A DNA stretch of 64,000 nucleotides from an uncultured Chloroflexia bacterium. GTDB lineage: Bacteria > Chloroflexota > Anaerolineae > Anaerolineales > UBA4823. Of this stretch, positions 47,149-54,763 are shown one piece after another; position 1 is the first letter of the stretch, and every line of letters starts with the position of its first letter. Position numbers and translations under genes: made by a program. The notes beneath the pieces are model-generated. The model searched no databases, was not told the origin of the DNA, and was given only the letters and a program-made list of their open reading frames with translations. Location of the stretch: contig CAVRYZ010000008.1 in NCBI GenBank assembly GCA_963725685.1, positions 398,709 through 462,708 on the forward strand, in the 5' to 3' direction.

Positions 47149-49169
47149 GCCACCTCCTCTTCAAGCAACACGGGCTTTTTCAAAACCGACATGATTCCAA
47201 CGATTTCTGCCAGGATTTGATCCTGGGTAAAGCCATTCTGGATCGGTGCATGCACCAGGCAAGCGGCCACGCAGGCACCGCAACCTTTGCATAACACCTC
47301 GTTCACGTGTGCCACGATATGCCCTTCTAACTCCACCATATCGATCGCATGGTATGGGCATTGGCTCTCACAGGTACGGCATCCACAGCATATGGTTTGG
47401 TCAATATAGGTGGTGAAAGGTTCCAGGGTGACGTGCCCGGCATCCATAAGCGAAAGGGCTGCCGCGGCGGCTGCGGCACCTTGGGCTACGCTATCAGGAA
47501 TATCTTTGGGACTCTGGCAGGTGCCTGCCAGGTAGACGCCGTCGGTGGTCGTTTCCACCGGAGCCAGCTTGGGATGTTTTTCTAGGAAAAAGCCATCTGG
47601 ACCGCGGCTGATGCTGAAGGTTTGCGCCACATGGGCCGCATCCGGTTGGGGTTCTATCCCTGTGCTCAGCACAACCATATCCACCAGCTGCTCGTTGGGT
47701 TCACCTGTGAACAGGTCGGTTGAGGTGATTTTTAGCTGTCCATTATCTGGTGTGACCTGTAAACCACTCCCACCGGCTTCCTGGTCAAAGCGGGTGAAGT
47801 GCACCCCTGACCGTGCCACACGCTCGTAAAAAGCTTCGTAGCCTTTACCAAAGGCGCGCATATCGCGGTAATACTCGTGTACTTCTGCGCCCACATAATC
47901 GCATATCAACTGTGCCAGCTTGAGCGAGTACATGCAGCACACCCGTGAGCAATATTCGTGATACTCTTTGTTCCGGCTGCCAACACAGTGTACGATAGCA
48001 ACCCTTTCCGGTTTACGGCCGTCCTTGAGCCGTACCTCCCCGGTGGTGGGCCCACCGGTGTTGATCAAACGCTCCAATTCCATGCTGGTGAGCACATTAT
48101 CCAGCTCACCATAACCGTATTGTTGAATCCGGCGGGCTTCAAAATCCTTGAACCCCGTCGCCAGGATGATTGCTCCAACTTCCAGGTCAAGATGCTCTTC
48201 CTGCTGCTCGAAATTTATTGATCCGGTCTGGCAGAACTTTTCACACGCCCGGCATTTGCCCTTTTGGAAATAGGCACAATTTTGGGTGTCTATGACCGGA
48301 ACACGCGGCACGGCCTGTGCGAACGGGAAATATATCGCCGAGCGATTACCCAATCCCAAATCGAACTCGGATGGGATCTTTTTCCAAGGGCATTTTTCAA
48401 CGCAGGTACCGCATCCTGTGCAGGTGCTCTCGTCCACGTAGCGTGGTTTTCGGCGCACTTTTACGGTGAAATTGCCTACATATCCGGAAACGGATTCGAC
48501 CTCGCTGTAGCTCAGCAGGGTGATGTTTTCGTGGCGTCCAACGGACACCATTTTGGGGGTGAGAATTCAGGCCGCACAGTCGAGGGTAGGAAAGGTCTTA
48601 TAAAGTTGGGTCATATGCCCGCCGATGCTCGGCTGCCTCTCCACCAGGTAAACATGCTTGCCGGTGTCAGCCAGGCGCAGGGCGGCCTCAATCCCGGCAA
48701 TACCCGCACCCACCACCATGGCGCTTTGTTTCATCTCCACCTGGCGGGCTTCCAGCGGCTTTTGGTATTGCACCCGCCTGACAGCGGCAGACAGGAGGGC
48801 TTTAGCTTTGTGGGTCGCGCTGGGCATGTCTTCCGACACCCATGAGCACTGCTCGCGGATGTTGGTCATATGGAATAAAAATGGATTTAACCCCGCATCA
48901 GCACAAGCTCGCCGGAAGGTGGCTTCATGCATCAAAGGCGAACAAGAAGCCACTACAATACGATCCAGGCCCTCATTACGGATATCATCCTTGATGAGAG
49001 CCTGGCCAGGGTCGGAACACATATAAGCATAATGGCGGGCAACCAACACATTCTCCAATGAGGCGGCATGGTTGGTCACGGCTTCAACATCCACCATCGA
49101 GGCGATATTGGTGCCGCAATGGCAGATATAAACCCCGATCTTGGGGCTGCCTTTATTGGTTGGTTTCAT
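47145..49169 (-). CDS. hdrA: Heterodisulfide reductase subunit A-like flavoprotein (674 aa) with an in-frame TGA (candidate Sec201)
   Basis: Track ORFs 48567..49169 and 47145..48551 share one frame (15-nt gap). The read-through is ...KTFPTLDCAA-TGA(48569..48567)-ILTPKMVSVGRHENITLLSYSEVESVSGYVGNF.... The N-terminal Cys domain, FAD loop VVGAGIAGIEAAL and ferredoxin motifs are intact. The stop overlaps the next hdrA start as ATGA. Confidence 0.85.
48533..48549 (-). promoter_or_regulatory. Candidate SECIS-like hairpin downstream of the HdrA(674) TGA
   Basis: The reverse strand reads GGUGUCC-guu-GGACGCC. The 7-bp stem includes one G-U pair. Position and loop are the same as in the paralog, with compensatory base changes. 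Confidence 0.5.
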
Positions 49170-49367
49170 CCGGTGATTCTCCTCATATGGAAATTAGCAC
49201 AGATAAAATTGGCACCTGATAAAAGCTGTTTGAATCATAAAGTCGTTCAGAAACACAAAATAGTCGCCTGGCGGTGGTGGATCGATGAAAGCGACATGAC
49301 TGGCGAAACCCGGCATCAAAATTCTTCTGGATCCCGGCTTATGCACCGGGGTTCATCTATAGCATAC

Positions 49368-49385
49368 TTGTGCAAGGTTGCACAA
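49368..49385. promoter_or_regulatory. Perfect palindrome TTGTGCAA-GG-TTGCACAA upstream of the hdr cluster (Rex- or CRP/FNR-type operator candidate)
   Basis: 18-bp dyad about 200 nt upstream of hdrA start 49169. It overlaps a possible reverse-strand promoter (TTGTGC-N18-TATAGA). It resembles the Rex box TTGTGAA-N4-TTCACAA and the CRP site TGTGA-N6-TCACA. Confidence 0.4.
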
Positions 49386-49459
49386 TATAGTGTAATATGG
49401 CACAAAATCGATAGGATGAAAGTGACAATTGTAGGCGGTTGAAAACTGCCCCCTGATAA

Positions 49460-50281
49460 TCAGTATCTGAGCGGTAATATAGCAGGCTTATTTAAAGCTG
49501 TTATTTGCCCCGCATCTCGGCAGATTCTCGGACAGCGTTTCAAAAATGAGGGCGTATTGAGTCCCCGCTCCAGTAGATAGGTGAGATATTGCCCCATCAA
49601 GTTTTCAAGCTCACCATCCACTGTGGATGATAGGCGGGCACGCTGGGCTTCCGTATAGTTGGAACGCTGGAAGTGACGTAAAATTCTCAGCGCGGGCATG
49701 CTCACCGGGCGCACACTAGCTTCTCTTGCTCCGCATTTAGGGCAAATGACCCCTCCCTTTTCAAAAGAGAAGAATTGGTCTTTAGCCTGGATTTCTTCCC
49801 CGCAATTCACGCACTGCAGGAGCTGAGGCCGAAAACCAACCAGGTCCAGTAATCTCACCTCATAGTAGCGGACCGCAAAAGCTGGGTCCGTTTCTTTGTT
49901 AATCCGGGAGAGGGTCTCACCTAACAGACGGTACAGGGCAAAATTCTCCCCTTCTTCATAGGTGAAGCGATCCAATAGTTCAATGATGTATGAAGCATAC
50001 CCCACGCGCACAAGGTCTTCACGCAGATCCAGGTAGGCATCCTTGGCCTCGGCTTGTGTGACGATAGGTAAATCCCGCCCATGGGCCAGCAGCAGCTCCA
50101 CGCGCGTGAAGGGTTCCAGGTGCCCAGCTTTACGCGAACGAGGCTTGCGGACGCCTTTAGCCACCACCCGCAGCTTGCCAAGCTCGCGGGTGAACAGCCA
50201 CAGCAGACGGTCGGCCTCCCCCCAGTCTGTGTGGCGGAGCACGATGGCTTCAACTCGTTGTGAGCGTGCGCGTGATGGCAT
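49460..50281 (-). CDS. recO: DNA repair protein RecO
   Basis: 273 aa. It has an N-terminal OB-fold pattern (AIVLRHTDWGEADRLLWLFTRELGKLRVVAKGVRKPRSR) and a zinc finger (CVNCGEE...CPKCG). Confidence 0.85.
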   Translation of the reverse strand: MPSRARSQRVEAIVLRHTDWGEADRLLWLFTRELGKLRVVAKGVRKPRSRKAGHLEPFTRVELLLAHGRDLPIVTQAEAKDAYLDLREDLVRVGYASYIIELLDRFTYEEGENFALYRLLGETLSRINKETDPAFAVRYYEVRLLDLVGFRPQLLQCVNCGEEIQAKDQFFSFEKGGVICPKCGAREASVRPVSMPALRILRHFQRSNYTEAQRARLSSTVDGELENLMGQYLTYLLERGLNTPSFLKRCPRICRDAGQITALNKPAILPLRY

Positions 50282-50297
50282 GAGTTTATTATAATCG

Positions 50298-50326
50298 TTG
50301 ACTAGCTAGATGATTGCTGGTAAAAT
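50298..50326 (+). promoter_or_regulatory. Sigma70-type promoter for rplI (TTGACT-N17-TAAAAT)
   Basis: TTGACT lies at 50298-50303 and TAAAAT at 50321-50326, about 70 nt upstream of the rplI ATG. Confidence 0.5.
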
Positions 50327-50396
50327 CACACCTTGCCTGTGGCGTTGTACCCTTCGCCCGGGCAAAATTTTGCAGATACCGAAAGGGCTTGAGAAA

Positions 50397-50972
50397 ATGA
50401 AAGTACTCCTCCTGAAAGACGTATACAAATTAGGTCGGGCTGGTGACGTTAAGAAGGTTGCCGATGGATATGGTCGCAATTACCTGCTTCCACAAGCGAT
50501 GGCGGTACTGGCGACTGCCGAGGCGCTTAAAATGTCTGAACGCATTCGCGAGAAAGCCAACGTCCAGCGTGCCATCGTTAACCAAGAGATGGATGGCGTC
50601 GCCAAGCAGATAAGCGGGCTTACCCTGATCTTCCCTGCCAAAGCTTCCGAAACGGGTAAATTATACGGTTCGGTGACCACCCAAATGATTGCGGATGCCA
50701 TTAAGGCCAAATCGGGCGTGGAAGTTGCCAGGCGCCAGATCGATTCTCAACCATTACGCATGTTGGGTGAGTATAAAGTGCATATCCGGCTCACGGTTGA
50801 CCTGATCCCAACCATCGATGTCATCGTGCACCGCGAAGGCGAAGCCATCACCGCAACAACTCCCATCAAACCAGCCGTAAAGATCGTTGAGGAAGTTGTT
50901 GAGGAATCCGAGCCAGCTGAATCCGAAGCTGATGCCGAAGACGAAGCAGAAGCTGAACCCGAAGCCGAGTAA
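50397..50972 (+). CDS. rplI: 50S ribosomal protein L9 with an acidic C-terminal extension
   Basis: MKVLLLKDVYKLGRAGDVKKVADGYGRNYLLPQAMAV is the canonical L9 N-terminus. I chose ATG 50397 rather than the track start at 50310. The tail is EESEPAESEADAEDEAEAEPEAE. Confidence 0.9.
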   Translation: MKVLLLKDVYKLGRAGDVKKVADGYGRNYLLPQAMAVLATAEALKMSERIREKANVQRAIVNQEMDGVAKQISGLTLIFPAKASETGKLYGSVTTQMIADAIKAKSGVEVARRQIDSQPLRMLGEYKVHIRLTVDLIPTIDVIVHREGEAITATTPIKPAVKIVEEVVEESEPAESEADAEDEAEAEPEAE

Positions 50973-50995
50973 CAAACTCAATCGATTACAACACA

Positions 50996-51046
50996 ACGGG
51001 TGCTTGAAGGGTGAAACTTCCCTGCACGGCACCCGTGTTGATGTTT
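50996..51046 (+). terminator. Probable terminator after rplI
   Basis: ACGGGTGC-(24 nt with an inner AGGG/CCCT stem)-GCACCCGT followed by GTTGATGTTT. Confidence 0.4.
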
Positions 51047-51069
51047 AAGCTTGCTGTATAATACAGTCG

Positions 51070-52380
51070 ATGTCCATCGGCACACAGCTCCGTCAAGCCC
51101 GAGAATCGCAGTCATTGAGTCTCGATCAGGTTGCGCAAGCGACGCATATCCGCCTGCACTATCTGGAAGCTTTAGAAGCGGATAAATTCGAATTGCTTCC
51201 TTCCACAGCCCAAGTTCGAGGCTTCCTGCGCGGTTATGGAGAATACCTAAAGCTCAATTCGGATGATCTTATCCACACTCTTAAAAAAGATTCTTTGATC
51301 GGCCTTAACGAAATCACCCCTATCGTATCCGCTGAAGAGGTCAATGAGCCTCTAACCAGCTCGGATGAAATCTTTAAAGAGCTCGGGCACAAGCTACGAA
51401 CCCAACGTGAATTAATGGGTGTATCCCTGGGAGATGTTGAGCGCCACACCCATATTCGCATGCATTACGTCGAGGCGCTCGAGAGTGGAGATATTGGCCA
51501 CCTGCCATCCCCGGTGCAAGGGAGAGGTATGCTGAGCAATTATGCCTCCTTCCTGGGTCTCAACACGGAGGCAATTTTGCTCCATTTTGCGGATGGATTA
51601 CAGGCAGGTCTGTATGACCGTCTGGCAGCCAGGCAATCCACCACGCCCAACCCACGCCGTCAGGAATCAGGCAAAGTTCCAGCCCGCCCATCGCAGCTGA
51701 AACGTCTATTTTCGATGGATCTATTCGTTGGAGGCTTTCTTGTCATCTTCCTGCTGGGCTTCTCCATTTGGGGCGCCATGCGGATATCAAGCTTGAATTC
51801 TGATAAGCAGCCATCTCCGACTGCTCCGCCCGTATCAGAGATTTTATTATCTACTCCCGATGAAGGGCTGATTGGTACACCCGCAATCATCCCTGGTAGC
51901 GTAGTTCCAATTTCGCCCACGCTGGTGATCGATACCCCCCTGATCACCCTCACGCTTCAGGTGGCTGTAACTGGAACCCCGGTGGTCATTGGACCCACCC
52001 CGGGTAACACCAACGCACCCGTGCAGATTTATTTAGTAGCCAATGCAAGTGCCTGGCTGCGGATTATTGTGGATGGTGAAATCGCTTTTCAAGGCCGGGT
52101 GATGCCAGGTAGTGCTTATACCTTTGCCGGTAATGATCGGATTGAGCTTTTAACCGGCGATGGCTCCAGTTTACAGGTGTATTACAACCAACAGAATTTG
52201 GGGCAGTTGGGTTCATACGGGCAGGTGGTCGAGCGCATTTTCTCCATCGAAGGCGTGCAGACGGCCACACCTGCGGTACCATATACCAGCACTCCAGCTC
52301 CAACCACCACTGTTGCTCCCTCTGCCACGCCATCACCAACGGCGAATACCCGCACGCCCACCCCTACTCCCAAACCATAA
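51070..52380 (+). CDS. RodZ-like protein with two tandem XRE-type HTH domains, one TM helix and a DUF4115-like C-terminal domain
   Basis: 436 aa. HTH 1 is LRQARESQSLSLDQVAQATHIRLHYLEALE. HTH 2 is LRTQRELMGVSLGDVERHTHIRMHYVEALE. The TM helix is LFVGGFLVIFLLGFSIWGAM. The C-terminal segment is LRIIVDGEIAFQGRVMPGSAYTF..LQVYYNQQ, followed by a Pro/Thr-rich tail. Confidence 0.7.
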   Translation: MSIGTQLRQARESQSLSLDQVAQATHIRLHYLEALEADKFELLPSTAQVRGFLRGYGEYLKLNSDDLIHTLKKDSLIGLNEITPIVSAEEVNEPLTSSDEIFKELGHKLRTQRELMGVSLGDVERHTHIRMHYVEALESGDIGHLPSPVQGRGMLSNYASFLGLNTEAILLHFADGLQAGLYDRLAARQSTTPNPRRQESGKVPARPSQLKRLFSMDLFVGGFLVIFLLGFSIWGAMRISSLNSDKQPSPTAPPVSEILLSTPDEGLIGTPAIIPGSVVPISPTLVIDTPLITLTLQVAVTGTPVVIGPTPGNTNAPVQIYLVANASAWLRIIVDGEIAFQGRVMPGSAYTFAGNDRIELLTGDGSSLQVYYNQQNLGQLGSYGQVVERIFSIEGVQTATPAVPYTSTPAPTTTVAPSATPSPTANTRTPTPTPKP

Positions 52381-52391
52381 GTCTTTTAATA

Positions 52392-53729
52392 ATGAAGAAT
52401 AAATCTTTTCATATGATCTCCCTTGGCTGTGCCAAGAATGCAGTCGATTCAGCCTCCATGGCGCAAATTTTAGCGACTGCAGGCTACCAGTCAACCAACG
52501 ACCCCTCCAAAGCCAGGGTATTGATTGTCAACACCTGCGGTTTCATCGGCCCGGCGAAGGAAGAGTCATTTGAGGTCCTCCAGGAGCTGGCGGAACATAA
52601 ACTAGCAGGTCAAATCTTGATCGCCGCCGGCTGCCTCACCCAGCGCTATGGAGCGGAAGTGGCGCATCGAGTACATGGAATCGATGGCATCATCGGAACG
52701 CGCCGCTGGATGGATATCCTCGATGTGGTGGAGGCTTTACGCCATGGGCAGCACCCCGAACCCCTGTATCACCTGCCGGAGGTTGCCACGGTTGGCACGG
52801 ATGAACGTGGCGTGCTGCGGGCAGGCATCCAGGGGAACAGCGCTTTTGTAAAGATTGCCGACGGATGCCGCCGTCCATGTGCTTTTTGTGCCATCCCCCT
52901 GATCAAAGGTCCAGCCGTCAGCCGCCCAATGGAGGTGATTGTCGATGAAGTTCGTCAGCTGAGCGATATGGGGATGCATGAAGTCAACCTGATTGCCCAG
53001 GATACTACCGATTACGGTTATGACCTTGGAATGAAAGACGGTCTGGCAAACCTGCTGGAGCGATTAACAAAAGCTGTGCCGGAACTCGATTGGATCCGCC
53101 TCATGTACGCTTACCCGGGCTATGTAACCGATCGGCTGATCGATGTCATGGCTTCAAAACCCCAAGTGCTGCCTTATTTGGATATGCCCCTGCAGCATGC
53201 CCACCCCGCTACATTGCAGCGCATGAAACGACCTGCCAATATGGATTGGGTGCACCGCACCCTGCAGAAAATGCGGGCCGCCATGCCCGACCTGACTATA
53301 AGGACGACCTTTATCGTTGGATACCCCGGTGAGACAGAAGCTGAATTCCAGACCCTGTTGGATTTTGTGAAAGAAATCCGCTTTGACCGGGTGGGAACAT
53401 TCCTTTTCTCATTTGAACCCGGTACAGCCAGCGAAGCTCTGGGTGACCCGGTTGCGCAGGAAGTGAAGCAAGAACGCTATGACCGCCTGATGGCACTTCA
53501 GCAGGATATATCCCTTGAGGTTAACCAGAGCTTCATGGGCAAGACTTTGGATGTACTTTTTGAAGGCCAGGGAGATGGGTTATCCATGGGGCGCAGCTAC
53601 CGCGATGCACCAGAAATCGATGGCCTGGTAATTGTGGAAGGCAACGCTCCCCTGGGTGAGCTCTTGCCCGTGCGCATAACCGGGGCGATGCCTTATGACT
53701 TGAGTGGTGTGGTGATTACTCGGGGCTAA
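52392..53729 (+). CDS. rimO: Ribosomal protein S12 methylthiotransferase
   Basis: 445 aa. The MTTase N-domain reads SLGCAKNAVDSASM..VNTCGF..AGCL. The radical SAM motif is CRRPCAFCAIP. A C-terminal TRAM domain is present. The RimO-type N-terminus (LGCxKNxVDS) argues against MiaB. Confidence 0.75.
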   Translation: MKNKSFHMISLGCAKNAVDSASMAQILATAGYQSTNDPSKARVLIVNTCGFIGPAKEESFEVLQELAEHKLAGQILIAAGCLTQRYGAEVAHRVHGIDGIIGTRRWMDILDVVEALRHGQHPEPLYHLPEVATVGTDERGVLRAGIQGNSAFVKIADGCRRPCAFCAIPLIKGPAVSRPMEVIVDEVRQLSDMGMHEVNLIAQDTTDYGYDLGMKDGLANLLERLTKAVPELDWIRLMYAYPGYVTDRLIDVMASKPQVLPYLDMPLQHAHPATLQRMKRPANMDWVHRTLQKMRAAMPDLTIRTTFIVGYPGETEAEFQTLLDFVKEIRFDRVGTFLFSFEPGTASEALGDPVAQEVKQERYDRLMALQQDISLEVNQSFMGKTLDVLFEGQGDGLSMGRSYRDAPEIDGLVIVEGNAPLGELLPVRITGAMPYDLSGVVITRG

Positions 53730-53775
53730 AAAAAAACTATGTAAATTGTAAATAGCTGATTCCACTTGTTTAAAT

Positions 53776-53820
53776 GATGAACGCCTGGGTGAGGGGGGCA
53801 CCCAGACGTTCATCGTTTGC
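53776..53820 (+). terminator. Rho-independent terminator after rimO
   Basis: GATGAACGCCTGGGTG-agggggg-CACCCAGACGTTCATC (16 bp, one mismatch) followed by GTTTGC. Confidence 0.55.
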
Positions 53821-53882
53821 AATAATACACGATTGTTTTGATTTTGACAAGGGTAAAAAAGGAATTGTAAGACAACTTGCAG

Positions 53883-53955
53883 CGCCCCAGGCGGGAGTCG
53901 AACCCACAACCTAAGCGTTAGGAGTGCTTCGCTCTATCCTTTGAGCTACTGGGGC
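53883..53955 (-). tRNA. tRNA-Arg (anticodon CCU)
   Basis: I folded this by hand from the reverse strand: GCCCCAG-TA-GCTC-AAAGGATA-GAGC-G-AAGCA-CTCCTAA-CGCTT-AGGTT-GTGGG-TTCGACT-CCCGC-CTGGGGC-G. The cloverleaf is canonical, with U33 and A37. There is one A31/C39 mismatch and no encoded CCA. Confidence 0.85.
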
Positions 53956-53995
53956 TTTCGCCCGAGATTATAGCATGGATGTGTGTTAAATTAAA

Positions 53996-54031
53996 GCTTC
54001 CCGCCTGGTTTACGGCGGGAAGCTCAATTTT
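53996..54031. terminator. Terminator hairpin between sdhB and tRNA-Arg
   Basis: GCTTCCCGCC-tggtttac-GGCGGGAAGC. The flanks are TTAAA on one side and TCAATTTTT on the other. On the reverse strand the stem is followed by TTTAATTT. Confidence 0.5.
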
Positions 54032-54044
54032 TGATACGCTCTAC

Positions 54045-54758
54045 TTAATCCACTCTTCCGGTTGCAATGGCCGCCTTTACTTCACCAATCGCCTGGGTAA
54101 CTTCAATCTCACGCGGGCAACACTCGGTGCAGTTGAAGACCGTATGACAACGGTACACCCCAAACTGGTCGTTTAAGATGCGCAATCGATCCGCTGCAGC
54201 CCTATCGCGGCTATCAAATATGAAGCGGTGGGCAGCCACTATGGCAGCGGGTCCGACGTATTGGTCGCTCGCCCAAAATATGGGGCAAGATGTGGTGCAG
54301 CAGGCGCACAGGATGCACTTGGTGGTATCGTCAAAGCGCTCGCGCTCATCAATACTTTGCAGGCGTTCCGTTGGCGGTGGGGTTTCATCATTGATGAAAT
54401 ATGGTTTGACCGACTTGAAATGGGCAAAGAACTGCTCCATGTCTACGATAAGGTCTTTTATCAGACGTAAGCCCAACAAAGGCTCGACGGTGATCTTGTC
54501 GGTGTGGAAGTCCTTCAGCAATGCCTTGCAGGCCAGGTAATTCCGGCCATTAATTCGCATGGCATCAGAACCGCAAACGCCATGCGCGCAGGACCGCCGG
54601 AAGGATAGTGTGCCGTCAAAAGAGCCTTTGATGTATTCCAACATATCCAGGACGCGATCCGTGGGCTGAGCTTCCATCTTATACGTTTCGTAATGAGGCT
54701 TCTTATCTTTTTCAGGATTAAAACGGAAGACTTTGACTGTTACTTGCATGGCTGCCAC
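54045..54758 (-). CDS. sdhB: Succinate dehydrogenase/fumarate reductase iron-sulfur subunit
   Basis: 237 aa. The 2Fe-2S motif is SCAHGVCGSDAMRINGRNYLAC. The 4Fe-4S/3Fe-4S motifs are CILCACCTTSCP and CHTVFNCTECCP. Confidence 0.9.
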   Translation of the reverse strand: MAAMQVTVKVFRFNPEKDKKPHYETYKMEAQPTDRVLDMLEYIKGSFDGTLSFRRSCAHGVCGSDAMRINGRNYLACKALLKDFHTDKITVEPLLGLRLIKDLIVDMEQFFAHFKSVKPYFINDETPPPTERLQSIDERERFDDTTKCILCACCTTSCPIFWASDQYVGPAAIVAAHRFIFDSRDRAAADRLRILNDQFGVYRCHTVFNCTECCPREIEVTQAIGEVKAAIATGRVD

Positions 54759-54763
54759 CTCGT

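Noticed and set aside
43738-49169. Reading the split hdrA ORFs as pseudogenes or four separate genes.
   Set aside because: Both interruptions are single TGAs in frame at the same conserved Cys column. The flanking sequences are fully conserved and a hairpin follows each TGA. Two independent nonsense mutations at the same codon are implausible.
50310-50396. 29-aa extension at the L9 start, and similar long starts for 17940..17999 and 11916..11945.
   Set aside because: The canonical family N-termini begin at internal ATGs with better Shine-Dalgarno sequences. The extensions overlap promoters or upstream genes.
50920-50972. GAA/GCT-rich periodic sequence at the rplI 3' end as a possible DNA repeat.
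   Set aside because: It simply encodes the acidic E/A/D tail of L9. The repeat unit is not exact.
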